From: Macrostomum lignano
Lineage: Eukaryota
Direction of reading: 5' to 3'
DNA length: 64,000 nucleotides
Assembly (NCBI GenBank): GCA_002269645.1
Contig: NIVC01002544.1
Span: 1 to 64,000 of the forward strand
A model generated the notes under the pieces. It searched no databases, was not told the origin of the DNA, and saw only the letters and a list, made by a program, of their open reading frames with translations. The translations under genes were made by a program, and so were the position numbers. Positions 47,831 to 59,800 of the stretch are shown piece by piece (position 1 is the stretch's first letter; every line of letters starts with the position of its first letter).

Positions 47831-50800
47831 CTGGACCTTCGGGGCGGGACGGTTCGTGAATGAATCACAGAGCTAGTCTAAGACACCCTTGAAACCCCTG
47901 ACCCATCACATCCCTCACTGACACCCCCTGACCCATCACATCCCTCACTGACACCCCCTGACCCATCACATCCCTCGCTGACACCCCCTGACCCATCACA
48001 TCCCTCACTGACACCCCTGACCCATCACATCCCTCACTGACACCCCTGACCCATCACATCCCTCACTGACACCCCCTGACCCATCACATCCCTCACTGAC
48101 ACCCCTGACCCATCACATCCCTCACTGACACCCCCTGACCCATCACATCCCTCACTGACACCCCCTGACCCATCACATCCCTCACTGACACCCCCTGACC
48201 CATCACATCCCTCACTGACACCCGTCACATGCTAAGGAGCGAATGCCGGTCACTCACTGGTTCGCCCCTCAAAGAAGTAGTTCGCGTGGAAGCCCGCAGC
48301 GGAGTACTGGCTGTTGCTGACGAAGCTGAGCCGCAGGCAGGAGGTCCGCCGAGTCACCGAGTAGGCGGTGCCCGGCTCCGGCTTGCCGCAGAACGTCTGC
48401 AGCCTGTAGTTGGGTCGGTGGCACTCCTCCACCAGCACGTAGTCACTGTCGCCTGGCAGGCAGCTGGAGCAGCGGGGCGGGGCGGGAGGATTTTTTATTG
48501 GGAGTGACTGAGAGCAGTTGGGAGTAACTGAGAATAGCTTGGAGTGACTGAGAGCAGCTGGGAGTGACTGAGAGCAGCTGGGAGTGACTGAGAGCAGCTG
48601 GGAGTGACTGAGAGCAACTGGGAGTGACTGAGAGCAGCTCGGAGTGACTGAGAGCAACTGGGATTGACTGAGAGCAACTGGGATTGACTGAGAGCAACTG
48701 GGATTGACTGAGAGCAACTGGGATTGACTGAGAGCAACTGGGATTGACTGAGAGCAGCTGGGAGTGACTGAGAGCAGCTGGGAGTCACTGAGAATAGCTG
48801 GGAGTGACTGAGAGCAACTGGGAGTGACCGAGAGTAGCTGGCAGTTACAGAAACCGACAGGGAGTTACAGAAACCGACAGGGAGTTACAGAAACCGACAG
48901 GGAGTTACAGAAACCGACAGGGAGTTACAGAAACCGACAGGGAGTTACAGAAACCGACAGGGAGTTACAGAAACCGACAGGGAGTTACAGAAACCGACAG
49001 GGAGTTACAGAAACCGACAGGGAGTTACAGAAACCGACAGGGAGTTACAGAAACCGACAGGGAGTGACAGAAACCAAGAAGGAGTAACAAAAACAGACAC
49101 AAAGAGACTTTAGGATCGTGACCAAGAACCTCGGAGGGTGGCAGAATCTCCCAACCGCACTCACAGCCGGGAGGACTCGGTGTCATAGTTGGTGAACTCA
49201 ATCCTGATTCGCTCCTCAGGCCTGGCCAAGAACACGTAGTGGCAGGCCAGGCTCTCCGGGTAGGCGTGCGGGTAGTTGGGGCTGGTGAAGCTGCCCGTGG
49301 AGCTCTGCCAGCTGCGGAACTCGAAGTAGCAGCCCACGCTGCGGTTCTGCACCTTGAACTCGCCGCTCACACCGAAGTCTGCGGTTCAAGAGCAAGCGGT
49401 ACAAGTATTTGTAAGCTGTATACGGACCAATCCCTCCCTCCCAGCCAATTGCAAGCCTCCCAGCCAATCGCAGGCCTCCCAGCAAATTGCAAGCCTCCCA
49501 GCCAATCGCAGGCCTCCCAGCCAATCGCAGGCTCCCCAGCCAATCGCAGGCCTTCCAGCAAATTGCAAGCCTCCCAGCCAATCGCAGGCCTCCCAGCCAA
49601 TCGCAGGCTCCCCAGCCAATCGCAGGCATCCCAGCCAATCGCAGGCCTCCCAGCCAATCGCAGGCCCTCGAGCTCACCCCGTACGAAGCTGTAGGAGAAC
49701 TCAAGACCGCCGCGAGTCCTCGAGTCGGCCGTGGCATTGAAAGTGACGAGCAGGCGGCCCAGACTCGAGCTCATGACGCGCACCGGGTGGTCGCGGCTCA
49801 CCTGGCAGAAGACCAGCGGTGGCGCCGCCTCCTGCCGCTCCCTGCCGGGCTCCTTCAGGAACTTGGTAACCAGCACCCGGTCCGCGGAGCTCCTGGCGCT
49901 GCAGCCGGAGCCGCTCAGAGCGCCACCGGTCGCTGGCGCCGGCTCGAGGTCGACGTGCCGCAGCTCGACGACGATCCGCTCGCCGCCGGCCGCCCGCAGG
50001 TCCCAGGTGCAAACTCCGCGACGATAGCCGAGAGGAAAGTCGCGAGTTCGAGCCACCCCGGACATCGGCGCGGAGCCCCGGATGACCACCGGCTCTGCCG
50101 GACAGTCGGGTGAGGAGGCTTCGGCGGTCGACGGCTGCGGCGGCCGCGGTCGGGCTGCGGGCGGCTCCGAGACGGGTGGCGCCGGCGAAGGCCGCGGCGG
50201 CTCCGGCGGCACAGCGGACCGGCGGAAGAACCGGTAGGTGGCGGCAAAGCCGAGCTCGCCAGGGCCGACGACGCCGTCGGAGCGGAACTCGAGCGTCAGG
50301 TAGCGGCCCTCCGACCAGAAGTCATCGACGGAGCGGCTGCCGCAGCGGGCGGACACGCGGTTGCTGAAGTCGGCGCCGTACCCGTCGAAGATCAGCAGGC
50401 GGTCGCCGGCGAAGTCCAGGCCGCAGGTCCTGTCGGCGGGGTGGCGGCGGAGCTGGTTTCCTAGAAACATGCTTGTACTTTTCGGCATCTGAAAATCTTG
50501 GGATCTAAAAAACTCGGGTTCTGAAAAATTTGGGATTCGAAAATTTTAGGAACAGAAAAACTCGGGATCTAAACATTTTGGGATCTGAAAATTCATGATT
50601 TAAAAATTTAGGATCTGAAAATTTCTGGGATCTGAAAATTGTGGGATTTGAAAAATTTGGGATCTGAAGAATTTGGGATCTGAATCCCAAATCCCAAATC
50701 TGAAAATTTTGGGATTTAAAAAATTTGGGATCTGAAGAATTCGGGATCTGAATCCCAAATCCCAAATCTGAAAATTTTGGGATCTGAAAAATTCAGGATT

Positions 50801-53800
50801 TAAACAATTAAGGATCTGAAAAATTAGGGATCTTAAAAATTTTGGGATCTAAAAAAGTCGGATCAGGATTTTTGGGATTTATAAAATTTGGGATCTGAAA
50901 AAATCTGAAAGTGTGGATTTGAGCTCCGTCGGCTCACCCAGTTCCGGTGCCCAGGCTGAAGCTGCTGAAGCTGATGCAGACGGTCTCGTCAGGCTCGGCA
51001 AAGAACCGGTAGATGACCCGAGTGAGCGGCGGGTAGGCGCTGGGGAAGTCCGGGCTGGTGACCGCGCCCTCCTTCTTCCCGCTGCTGCTGAAGAACTGCA
51101 GCTGGCGCTCCGAGTACTGCCGCGGCCGTTTCGTTGGGTAGCCTGGGGGCGGCGCGGCGGTTAGGGCAGTTCAGATTGACAGGTGGGCTGGAGTGGGTGG
51201 GACTGCAGGACCTTCAGAAGTTCCCGTTTTTTTCGAATCCTGAGGTCCTTCACAAGGTCCCGTTTCTCGAATCCCGAAGTCCTTCAGAAGGTCCCGCTTC
51301 TCAAATCTTGAGGTTCTTCAGAAGGTCCCGTTTCTCGAATCCCGAGGTCCTTCAGAAGGTCCCGCTTCTCGAATTCTCAGGAACTTCAGAAGATCCCCCT
51401 TCTCGAATCCCAGGGCACGCAGGGTTTCCGGGGAACGAGCTGGCAGACACCCTCGCCAAGAGGGGCGGCTCTGGCTCTTTCTTCGGCCCTGCCCCCCTGG
51501 TCCCTATGCCCTTGACAGTCATCAATCGTCAGATCGACGACTGGGCTGACTCCCTCCACAGGGACAGATGGGCGGGCACCCAAAACTGCCGGCAATCTCG
51601 TGCCGCGGTTCCTTGCCCGTCTCACAGGCTCAGAAACATCCTTCTAAACCAGAATCGGAAGGATATCCGAGCCCTTGTCATGACCCTTACCGGCCATGGC
51701 TACCTCGCCAGGCACTGCTTCCTCCGAGGCGACCTCGAGAGCGAACTTGCCCCTTTTGCGAGTGCGACAATGAAGATGCTCAGCACTTTGTCTGTCACTG
51801 CCCTTTCTTTAACAGAGACCGGCTACGCTACCTCAGGCCGAACCCGTCCATTGACGAGGTCTGCCAGCCCGACAGCATCTCACGGCTCATCCAGTTCCTT
51901 CGGGCGACTAGACGAGCCAGTTTCTTCCCAACGGAAGATCACGCTGCAGGACGGACCGGCGGACCACCCTGACCGGCCCCACGCCTCTGCCTGTCTGCGG
52001 GCCTTCAGGGGCTAGCGGAATGGGCGACCCTCGCCTCCCCGCTGTGTCTACGGACCACCCTGCAGCTAAGTCAAGTAAGTCCCCCTTCTCGAATCCTCAG
52101 GTCCTTCAGAAGGTCCCGCTTCTCGAATTCTCACGAACTTCAGAAGGTCCCGTTTCTCAAATCCTGAGGTCCTTCAGAAGGTCCTGTTTCTCGAATCCCG
52201 AAGTCCTTCAGAAGTTCCCGCTTCTAGAATCCTCAGGAACTTCAGAAGGCCCTGCTTCTCGAATCCTCAGGAACTTCAGAAGGCCCTGCTTCTCGAATTC
52301 TCAGAAACTTCAGAAGGCCCCGCTTCCCGAATCCTCAGGGACTCCACAAGGTCCCCCTTCTAGAATCCTCAGGAACTTCAGAAGGCCCTGCTTCTCGAAT
52401 CCTCAGGAACTTCAGAAGGCCCTGCTTCTCGAATTCTCAGAAACTTCAGAAGGCCCCGCTTCCCGAATCCTCAGGGACTCCACAAGGTCCCCCTTCTAGA
52501 ATCCTCAGGAACTTCAGAAGGCCCTGCTTCTCGAATCCTCAGGAACTTCAGAAGGCCCTGCTTCTCGAATTCTCAGAAACTTCAGAAGGCCCCGCTTCCC
52601 GAATCCTCAGGGACTCCACAAGGTCCCCCTTCTCGAATTCTCAAGAACTTCAGAAGGCCCCGCTTCCCGAATCCTCAGGGACTTCAAAAGACATCTTAGG
52701 CAGGCTTTCCCCAAATCCCCAACCAATGACTCCCTCAATTCTGACCTTCTCCAAGCGCCGCTCCCGCAGCCACCCTGTCCATAGGCTGGGTGGGCTGCAG
52801 CATGTGCCTGGCAACAAAGGCGAACCGACCAGCAAAGCCAGAACCGGTGTGCTCATCTGAGTTGGCCCGAAAGCGGAGCTTGAGCAGGCCGGCCGGGCTC
52901 ACCACCTGCTGCCGGGAGGCGGGGGCGCAGCGGGTGGAGAAGCTGGCAAGCAGGTTGGCGTCTTCCTTGTCGGAGTCGAAGATGAGCACTCGGTCCTGGC
53001 TGGGAGGGTCGGCGAGTCGGCAGCCGGTGCCGTTGTCGGCGTCCGTGTCGCTGCCCAGGCTCAGGCCTTGAAGGTCCAGACGGATTCGCTCGCCTGGCAG
53101 CGCGCGGAACACGAAAGTACATGCGATGCCCGGCGGGTAGTTCTGCGGGTGCCTGGGCGAGAAGAACCGGCCAGACTTCGTCTGCTGGCTGCTCAGGAAC
53201 TGCTGGTCGCAGTCTGAGTTGGGCACCGGCTGACCGTCCGACTTGTACTGATCTGCCGGGTGAGGGAGAGGACACAGTGTGTGTGTGTGTCAGTGCTGCT
53301 CTGCCGGATGAGGGAGAGGACACAGTGTGTGTGTCAGTGCTGCTCTGCCGGGCGAGGGAGAGGACACAGTGTGTGTCAGTGCTGCTCTGCCGGGTGAGGG
53401 AGAGGACACAGCGTGTGTCAGTGCTGCTCTGCCGGGTGAGGGAGAGGACACAGTGTGTGTCAGTGCTGCTCTGCCGGGTGAGGGAGAGGACACAGTGTGT
53501 GTCAGTGCTGCTCTGCCGGGTGAGGGAGAGGACACAGTGTGTGTCAGTGCTGCTCTGCCGGGTGAGGGAGAGGACACAGTGTGTGTCAGTGCTGCTCTGC
53601 CGGGTGAGGGAGAGGACACAGTGTGTGTCAGTGCTGCTCTGCCGGGTGAAGGAGAGGACACAGTGTGTGTCAGTGCTGCTCTGCCGGGTGAGGGAGAGGA
53701 CACAGTGTGTGTCAGTGCTGCTCTGCCGGGTGAGGGAGAGGACACAGTGTGTGTCAGTGCTGCTCTGCCGGGTGAGGGAGAGGACACAGTGTGTGTCAGT

Positions 53801-56800
53801 GCTGCTCTGCCGGGTGAAGGAGAGGACACAGTGTGTGTCAGTGCTGCTCTGCCGGGTGAGGGAGAGGACACAGTGTGTGTCAGTGCTGCTCTGCCGGGTG
53901 AGGGAGAGGACACAGTGTGTGTCAGTGCTGCTCTGCCGGGTGAGGGAGAGGACACAGTGTGTGTCAGTGCTGCTTGGCTGTCAATCTCAGATGCAATATT
54001 GAGCAGTCCGCAGTGACGCGGAACTCAATTCCTGGTATGCCGGATATTTTAATGAAGAGGCTGCATGCTCCCGGGCATCTCACTGCCAAGCCTTTTTCAT
54101 GCTGCAGACAACTTTGCATACGGCCTTTAATTAGCATTGATTTTTTTGTCTCAGAAACTACTCGCTTGAAATTCGGGAAATGGCTTTAGGAGATGCGGTG
54201 AGGACCCGGAGACAGGGCTGCTCGGTATATTCGAATTGTGGCAAGATAGGGGAGAGAAACTGCAAAAAAATTAAGCAGAAGGCCGGTCTTTCAGGCTGTG
54301 TGAGCAGGGAGGCAATGTGAGCAGGGAGGCTGTGTGAGCAGGGAGGCAATGTGAGCAGGGAGGCTGTGTGAGCAGGGAGGCTGTGTGAGCAGGGAGGCAA
54401 TGTGAGCAGGGAGGCTGTGTGAGCAGGGAGGCTGTGTGAGCAGGGAGGCAATGTGAGCAGGGAGGCTGTGTGAGCAGGGAGGCTGTGTGAGCAGGGAGGC
54501 TGTGTGAGCAGGGAGGCTGTGTGAGCAGGGAGGCTGTGTGAGCAGGGAGGCTGTGTGAGCAGGGAGGCTGTGTGAGCAGGGAGGCTGTGTGAGCAGGGAG
54601 GCTGTGTGAGCAGGGAGGCTGTGTGAGCAGGGAGGCTGTGTGAGCAGGGAGGCTGTGTGAGCAGGGAGGCTGTGTGAGCAGGGAGGCTGTGGGAGCAGTG
54701 AAGGGGACTCACCAACCGGGATGAAATGGAAGGATCCCCTGAACCCTGAGTAGCGCCGCACGGGCTGGTATTCGGTGTGCAGCTCCAGCATGAGAATCCT
54801 GGTGGACGAGTAGAAGTTCCGCTGCGGCAGCCGATGGCCGCAGAGCTCGGAGTTTGGCCGGTCCGAGGGGCTGAGCTCGGCTCGAGGGCTGTCGAGGAAG
54901 AGGCGGACGAAGTCCTCGCACCTGCGGCCGGTTTGAGCACGAAAATTGGGAATGTTCGTTCCTGGATTTCTGAGTTCATACTGTGAGTCACCAACTCAGA
55001 ACCCTAAGTCACCATAACTCACCTAAAACCTAAAACACACCTGAAACATTACTAAATAAAACATTATTAAAACACACCTAAATCTCACCTAAAACACACC
55101 TAAACCACACCTAAACGACACCTAAAACACACCTAAACCACACCTAAACCACACCTAAAACACACCTAAGCCACACCTAAAACACACCTAAACCACACCT
55201 AAAACACACCTAAAACACACCTAAACCACACCTAAACCACACCTAAACCACACCTAAAACACACCTAAGCCACACCTAAAACACACCTAAACCACACCTA
55301 AAACACACCTAAAACACACCTAAACCACACCTAAAACACACCTAAGCCACACCTAAACCACACCTAAAACACACCTAAGCCACACCTAAAACAGATAAGA
55401 AACCAGCAAAGAACTTAAACGACAGGGCAGTTTTTTTCAAATTTAAGAGCTGTGCCGCCAGTCCCGCAAGCAAGTTGGACTGAACTCTTCAAAGCTCGGA
55501 TCCCGGGTTGCTAGGGCAGCTAGGGATTTGCTGCACTGAGCTGATCGCAGCGAGCTGGGCGGCCAAGCTAATTACAGGGTGGGGTGGGGACTGGAGGACT
55601 TTCAGAGTTGAATGCGTAGTCCCAATCCCAGTTCAAGGGGATCTAAAAACTTGAAAATTCCTACTGTGTCGCTTTTCGAACATTGCGAGCGCATTAACAC
55701 AGTGTTTTTCATTCATTCTAACTTTGCATCGAGACCAGCTCAGAAATCCCATGCATGACAATCCCAATTGTTTTGATGTTTGTTTGAAATTCAATAAGAG
55801 AAATATTTGCTAACCCAAAGTCTAGCTCATGGTCTCCTTGACCAGCCCCTAGGGACTGCACCACTGCTCACAGGGAGGTGGCAGGTGCTTTCGGCTGAGC
55901 GATCAGCCTGCAGTAATACTAGGTTTGAGCACAAAGACGCTTAGTATGGCTTGGAACTGGCTACCCTGCCTTTATGCATTCTCTGTCCGAACTGAATTCC
56001 CAGTTTCTGTTGGGGCTCGTTGTGTAGCCAGATATTCTACTACAAATATTCTACTCCAGATATTCTACCCCAGATATTCTACTCCAGATATTCTACTCCA
56101 GATATTCTACTCCAGATATTCTACTCCAGATATTCTACTCCGGATATTCTACTCTAGATATTCTACTCCAGATATTCTACTCCGGATATTCTACTCTAGA
56201 TATTCTACCCCAGATATTCTACTCCAGATATTCTACTCAAGATATTCCACTCCAGATATTCTACCCCAGATATTCTACTCCAGATATTCTACTCCAGATA
56301 TTCTACTCCAGGTATTCTACTCCAGATATTCTACTCCAGATATTCTACTCCATTCCCCATCCGCTGACTCACCTTGAGTTCCCCGGCCGCTTAGGCTTGA
56401 GCGAGAACTCCTGGAAGCTGAGGTGCACGATCTCGCCCACGTCGGCAACAAAAACGTACAGCAGGCAGGGCAGCTGCAGCGGGTAGGGCTGCGGGTGCCT
56501 CGGAGATTTGAACACGCCCGACTTTTTGGTTCGGGCGCTTTGAAACTGTCGACAGCGGCAGCCTGTGGGGATGAGAATTTGGAGATTTATTGTTTATAAT
56601 TTCCTATGTATTATGTACCGGTATATTATAAATTAGGTACATGAATGAAATCTTTGCTTTATAGATATGATTACAAATTAAGCTTTTAGCGTTCTTAGAG
56701 ATCATGTGTACGCTCCCATTGCATCCTTAGCAACATAACTCTTGAAACTTTAACGTCCCTAGCAGCATTTTCCTAGCAACTTTGGCAACCCCTAGCAACA

Positions 56801-59800
56801 AAAGTGTCACCTTGACGTCCCTATCAACAAGCCAACAATGACCTCCACTTTGGTGACCTTAAGCGTCTCTAGCAACCTTACCCTCCATCTGCATCCCCCA
56901 GAAATGTGTCTGATTCCTGTGATTGCCAAGGTTGCCATTGCTACAAACAACAGGAAATGGTGGCTGTAATGGACTGTAGATTTTTCTTCCCCTAAAAGCA
57001 AATATTTGATCATATTAAACTTCCATCACTATAGTAGCCCTAGCCTAAAATTGCTCTCCAAATTTCTATTAGCTAAATTGTATCAAATGCTGCCTGTCTA
57101 ATCGAAGCGATGGCCAGCCAACTACCAATTCTACTAAGTGTTCTCCTCTTCTCATATCATGTCATGATGATGATGGATTCCAGTTCCAGCCAGGCCCAGT
57201 GCGACTTAAACAACCCCCCCCCCCCGAGGCACTGCAAGTTGCAACCAGCGACAATGATGGATAGATGGATGAAAATGCGAATTTGAAGTGATACGAGGCA
57301 TTAAGAAATTGACTCTGGCATCGAAACAGGCTGCAGGCTACAGCTTTAAGTTTAAAAAATGAAAAGTATCTTGTTGGCCGTTGTGGAAGCACATTGGTTG
57401 GAAGTTCGTAGTTGAAGAAGTAAGTTAACTTAAATACAAAATTAAATATTATACTCGTACTAACCGCTGTGGGGACGGGAGCGAATCTCGCATTCTGCTC
57501 AGCTTCATTCTAAAGGTCGACCATTATAGTAATTAATATAATAAGCCTAGGTCGCAAGACTCGCAATGCCCCTAATAAATTGCCACCGCAGTTTGGTTTG
57601 GACTTTGGATTGAGGCTGCCATCTTCACCACTTAGACTAGATAGAAGAAATTCGGCATTTGCAACTGAGGTAAGGAGATGCGAAGACCGAGAAAATAGGA
57701 AATATATGGCTAAACTTCAGATTAGAAATCCCGCGGTCCACTTTTATTTTAAGTGAGCAGAAAGCAGCAAACAGTACAGTACAGTACGCAGTAAGCCAAA
57801 AGAACGAAATTTGAAGCCTCAGAGTACATTGTATGAGACACACCAGTAAATTCTTTATAAACAAATGTACATTTACGCCGCGTAAACAGGGCAGCCACAC
57901 TAATGTACATGATGCCCTCGGCAAATAGTAGGAGAGGCTATCTGTACATTCATTATTAAATCGATAAAGCAGCTCGCGGCTGATGGCTAGCCGTGTAATC
58001 CACTAAGTCAGAAACCCCCGGCTGAACCCACGCTCGGCTAGCCGTACTGGCTGATCAGATAAAGCATCGAGAATTCTACCCCACGCTCCACTCCCAGTCA
58101 AGCCAACCTTCAGCGATGTACATTGATAAACCGGTGCATGTACATTCAGATCTTAACCGAGGATAGGAAAATTCCTCACACCCAAAAGACTGTACAGTGT
58201 GCAGTAAGCCAATAGACAAAAAATCGATACTTCTCTTTAAGCCAATTCAAATCTTGTCTTTTAATATTAACTTTACCATACTATTTATATAGACAGCTGG
58301 ACTATTATATTATTCAAAAAATTACTGGGTACCAGCGTAGCTATAAGCAACTTTTGTGGCTTTTTCTACCACGCTTACATCCTAGATCCCAACCCTTGAA
58401 TTCCCATCGGGAACTCATAGCAATGTCAATTCCAGCCTAACACCATGTCGGCTTGTAGTAATGTGTAGCCATCCATATATTGACGAAGTGTTACAGAAAT
58501 TCAGATGGGACTCGATCATTCATGCCTCTTAAATCCCTAACCTAACGTAGCCCCCCCCCCTGCAGTGCAGCAGCCACCGCCCATTTATCCATGACGATGA
58601 CGCTTTTGTTTGGCCAGGCTAATTGGTTGATGCACGTAGCAGCAGCCCCCTAAAGCCCTTGATAGTTTTAATATGAGGCGCCAGGGAGCACCACGGCAGG
58701 AAAGGGATCAGGAAAAGTGCGGACTTCTGCTAGTGCCTCGGCGTTGACAGCTCTGCGCTCCACCAGCCTCTCCCTCTCCCTCGCCCCCTCTCGCAAATCA
58801 AATCTAATTATCGTGGCACTAATTAGCCCCCCCCCGTGCAGGGACGAGGATGGAATGGAAGTGGAGGTGGCTTGAGCAAAAGGAAACACTGTGCAAGGGC
58901 GTGCATGTGCTCACCCGCTGAGCTGAGTCAGTTAAGACCACAAGCTCATATGAGTACGTTTATTTGCTTCAAAAAAGAAATTCCGGCGCCGCCACCGCAT
59001 CTGATGGTACTTCCGCGGCCGGCAGCTGGCGGGAAGGATTAGCGGTGAAAGCTGCCTGCTGCGGCCGGGTCCCCGTTTACATACTTTAATGGAGCCGGGA
59101 TTTCGAAATCGGCCGGATCTGTTTTCCCGCTCAGTTCCCCCCCCCCCTTCCTGACCCGAAGCCTGACCTCGCAACCAACGGTTGCTAGTGCTAGCAACTG
59201 GAGATCTTGCTTCTTTTCTTCACCCAGTCAACATTTGAGTGAAGAGTGACGCACTGCTGCCTGAATCAGTGCGTGCGTACACTGTGCCCCCTGCCAGCCC
59301 AAGTCCCGTTAAACTGGTGGCGAAAGGGGAATCATTAGGCTTTCCTGGAAACGCTGATAATTATTGGTATTATTATCCTGTGCACTGCATTAACTTGGTC
59401 TCTTGGGGTGCTGGGCTAGATTAGCAATCCATTTTATTCCTTCATCAGTGATATTGGCTAGATTAGCAATCCATTCTATTCCTCCATCGGTGGTGTTGGC
59501 TAGCTTAGCAATCCATGTGTTTATCCACTGACACACACGAGGGCAGAGCAGTGAACTTGTTGTTTACTCATACCCCCTCTCCCTCATCCCCAAATAACTC
59601 GCACTCTCGGTAAGCTGTGCTCAAATCAGCTGGCAATCTCGCTGCCCAGTCAGCTGTGAGGCAGTACTCCGTTATCGCCCTCGCTCCGCCACCCCAAGGC
59701 CGACAAATTGGGAAGATTTCAGCCAAGTGAGGAATGTGACTTATATTCCTCAGCCTTCAGTTTGTCCTTTTACAGTCTCTATTTTAAGGTGAAATCTATC

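Noticed and set aside
56882-56888. 7-nt micro-exon in the CUB gene (minus strand)
   Set aside because: No pyrimidine tract, and it would break the frame.
57970-58060. Hammerhead ribozyme
   Set aside because: Has CTGATGG and GAAA but not the CUGAUGA core or the three required stems.
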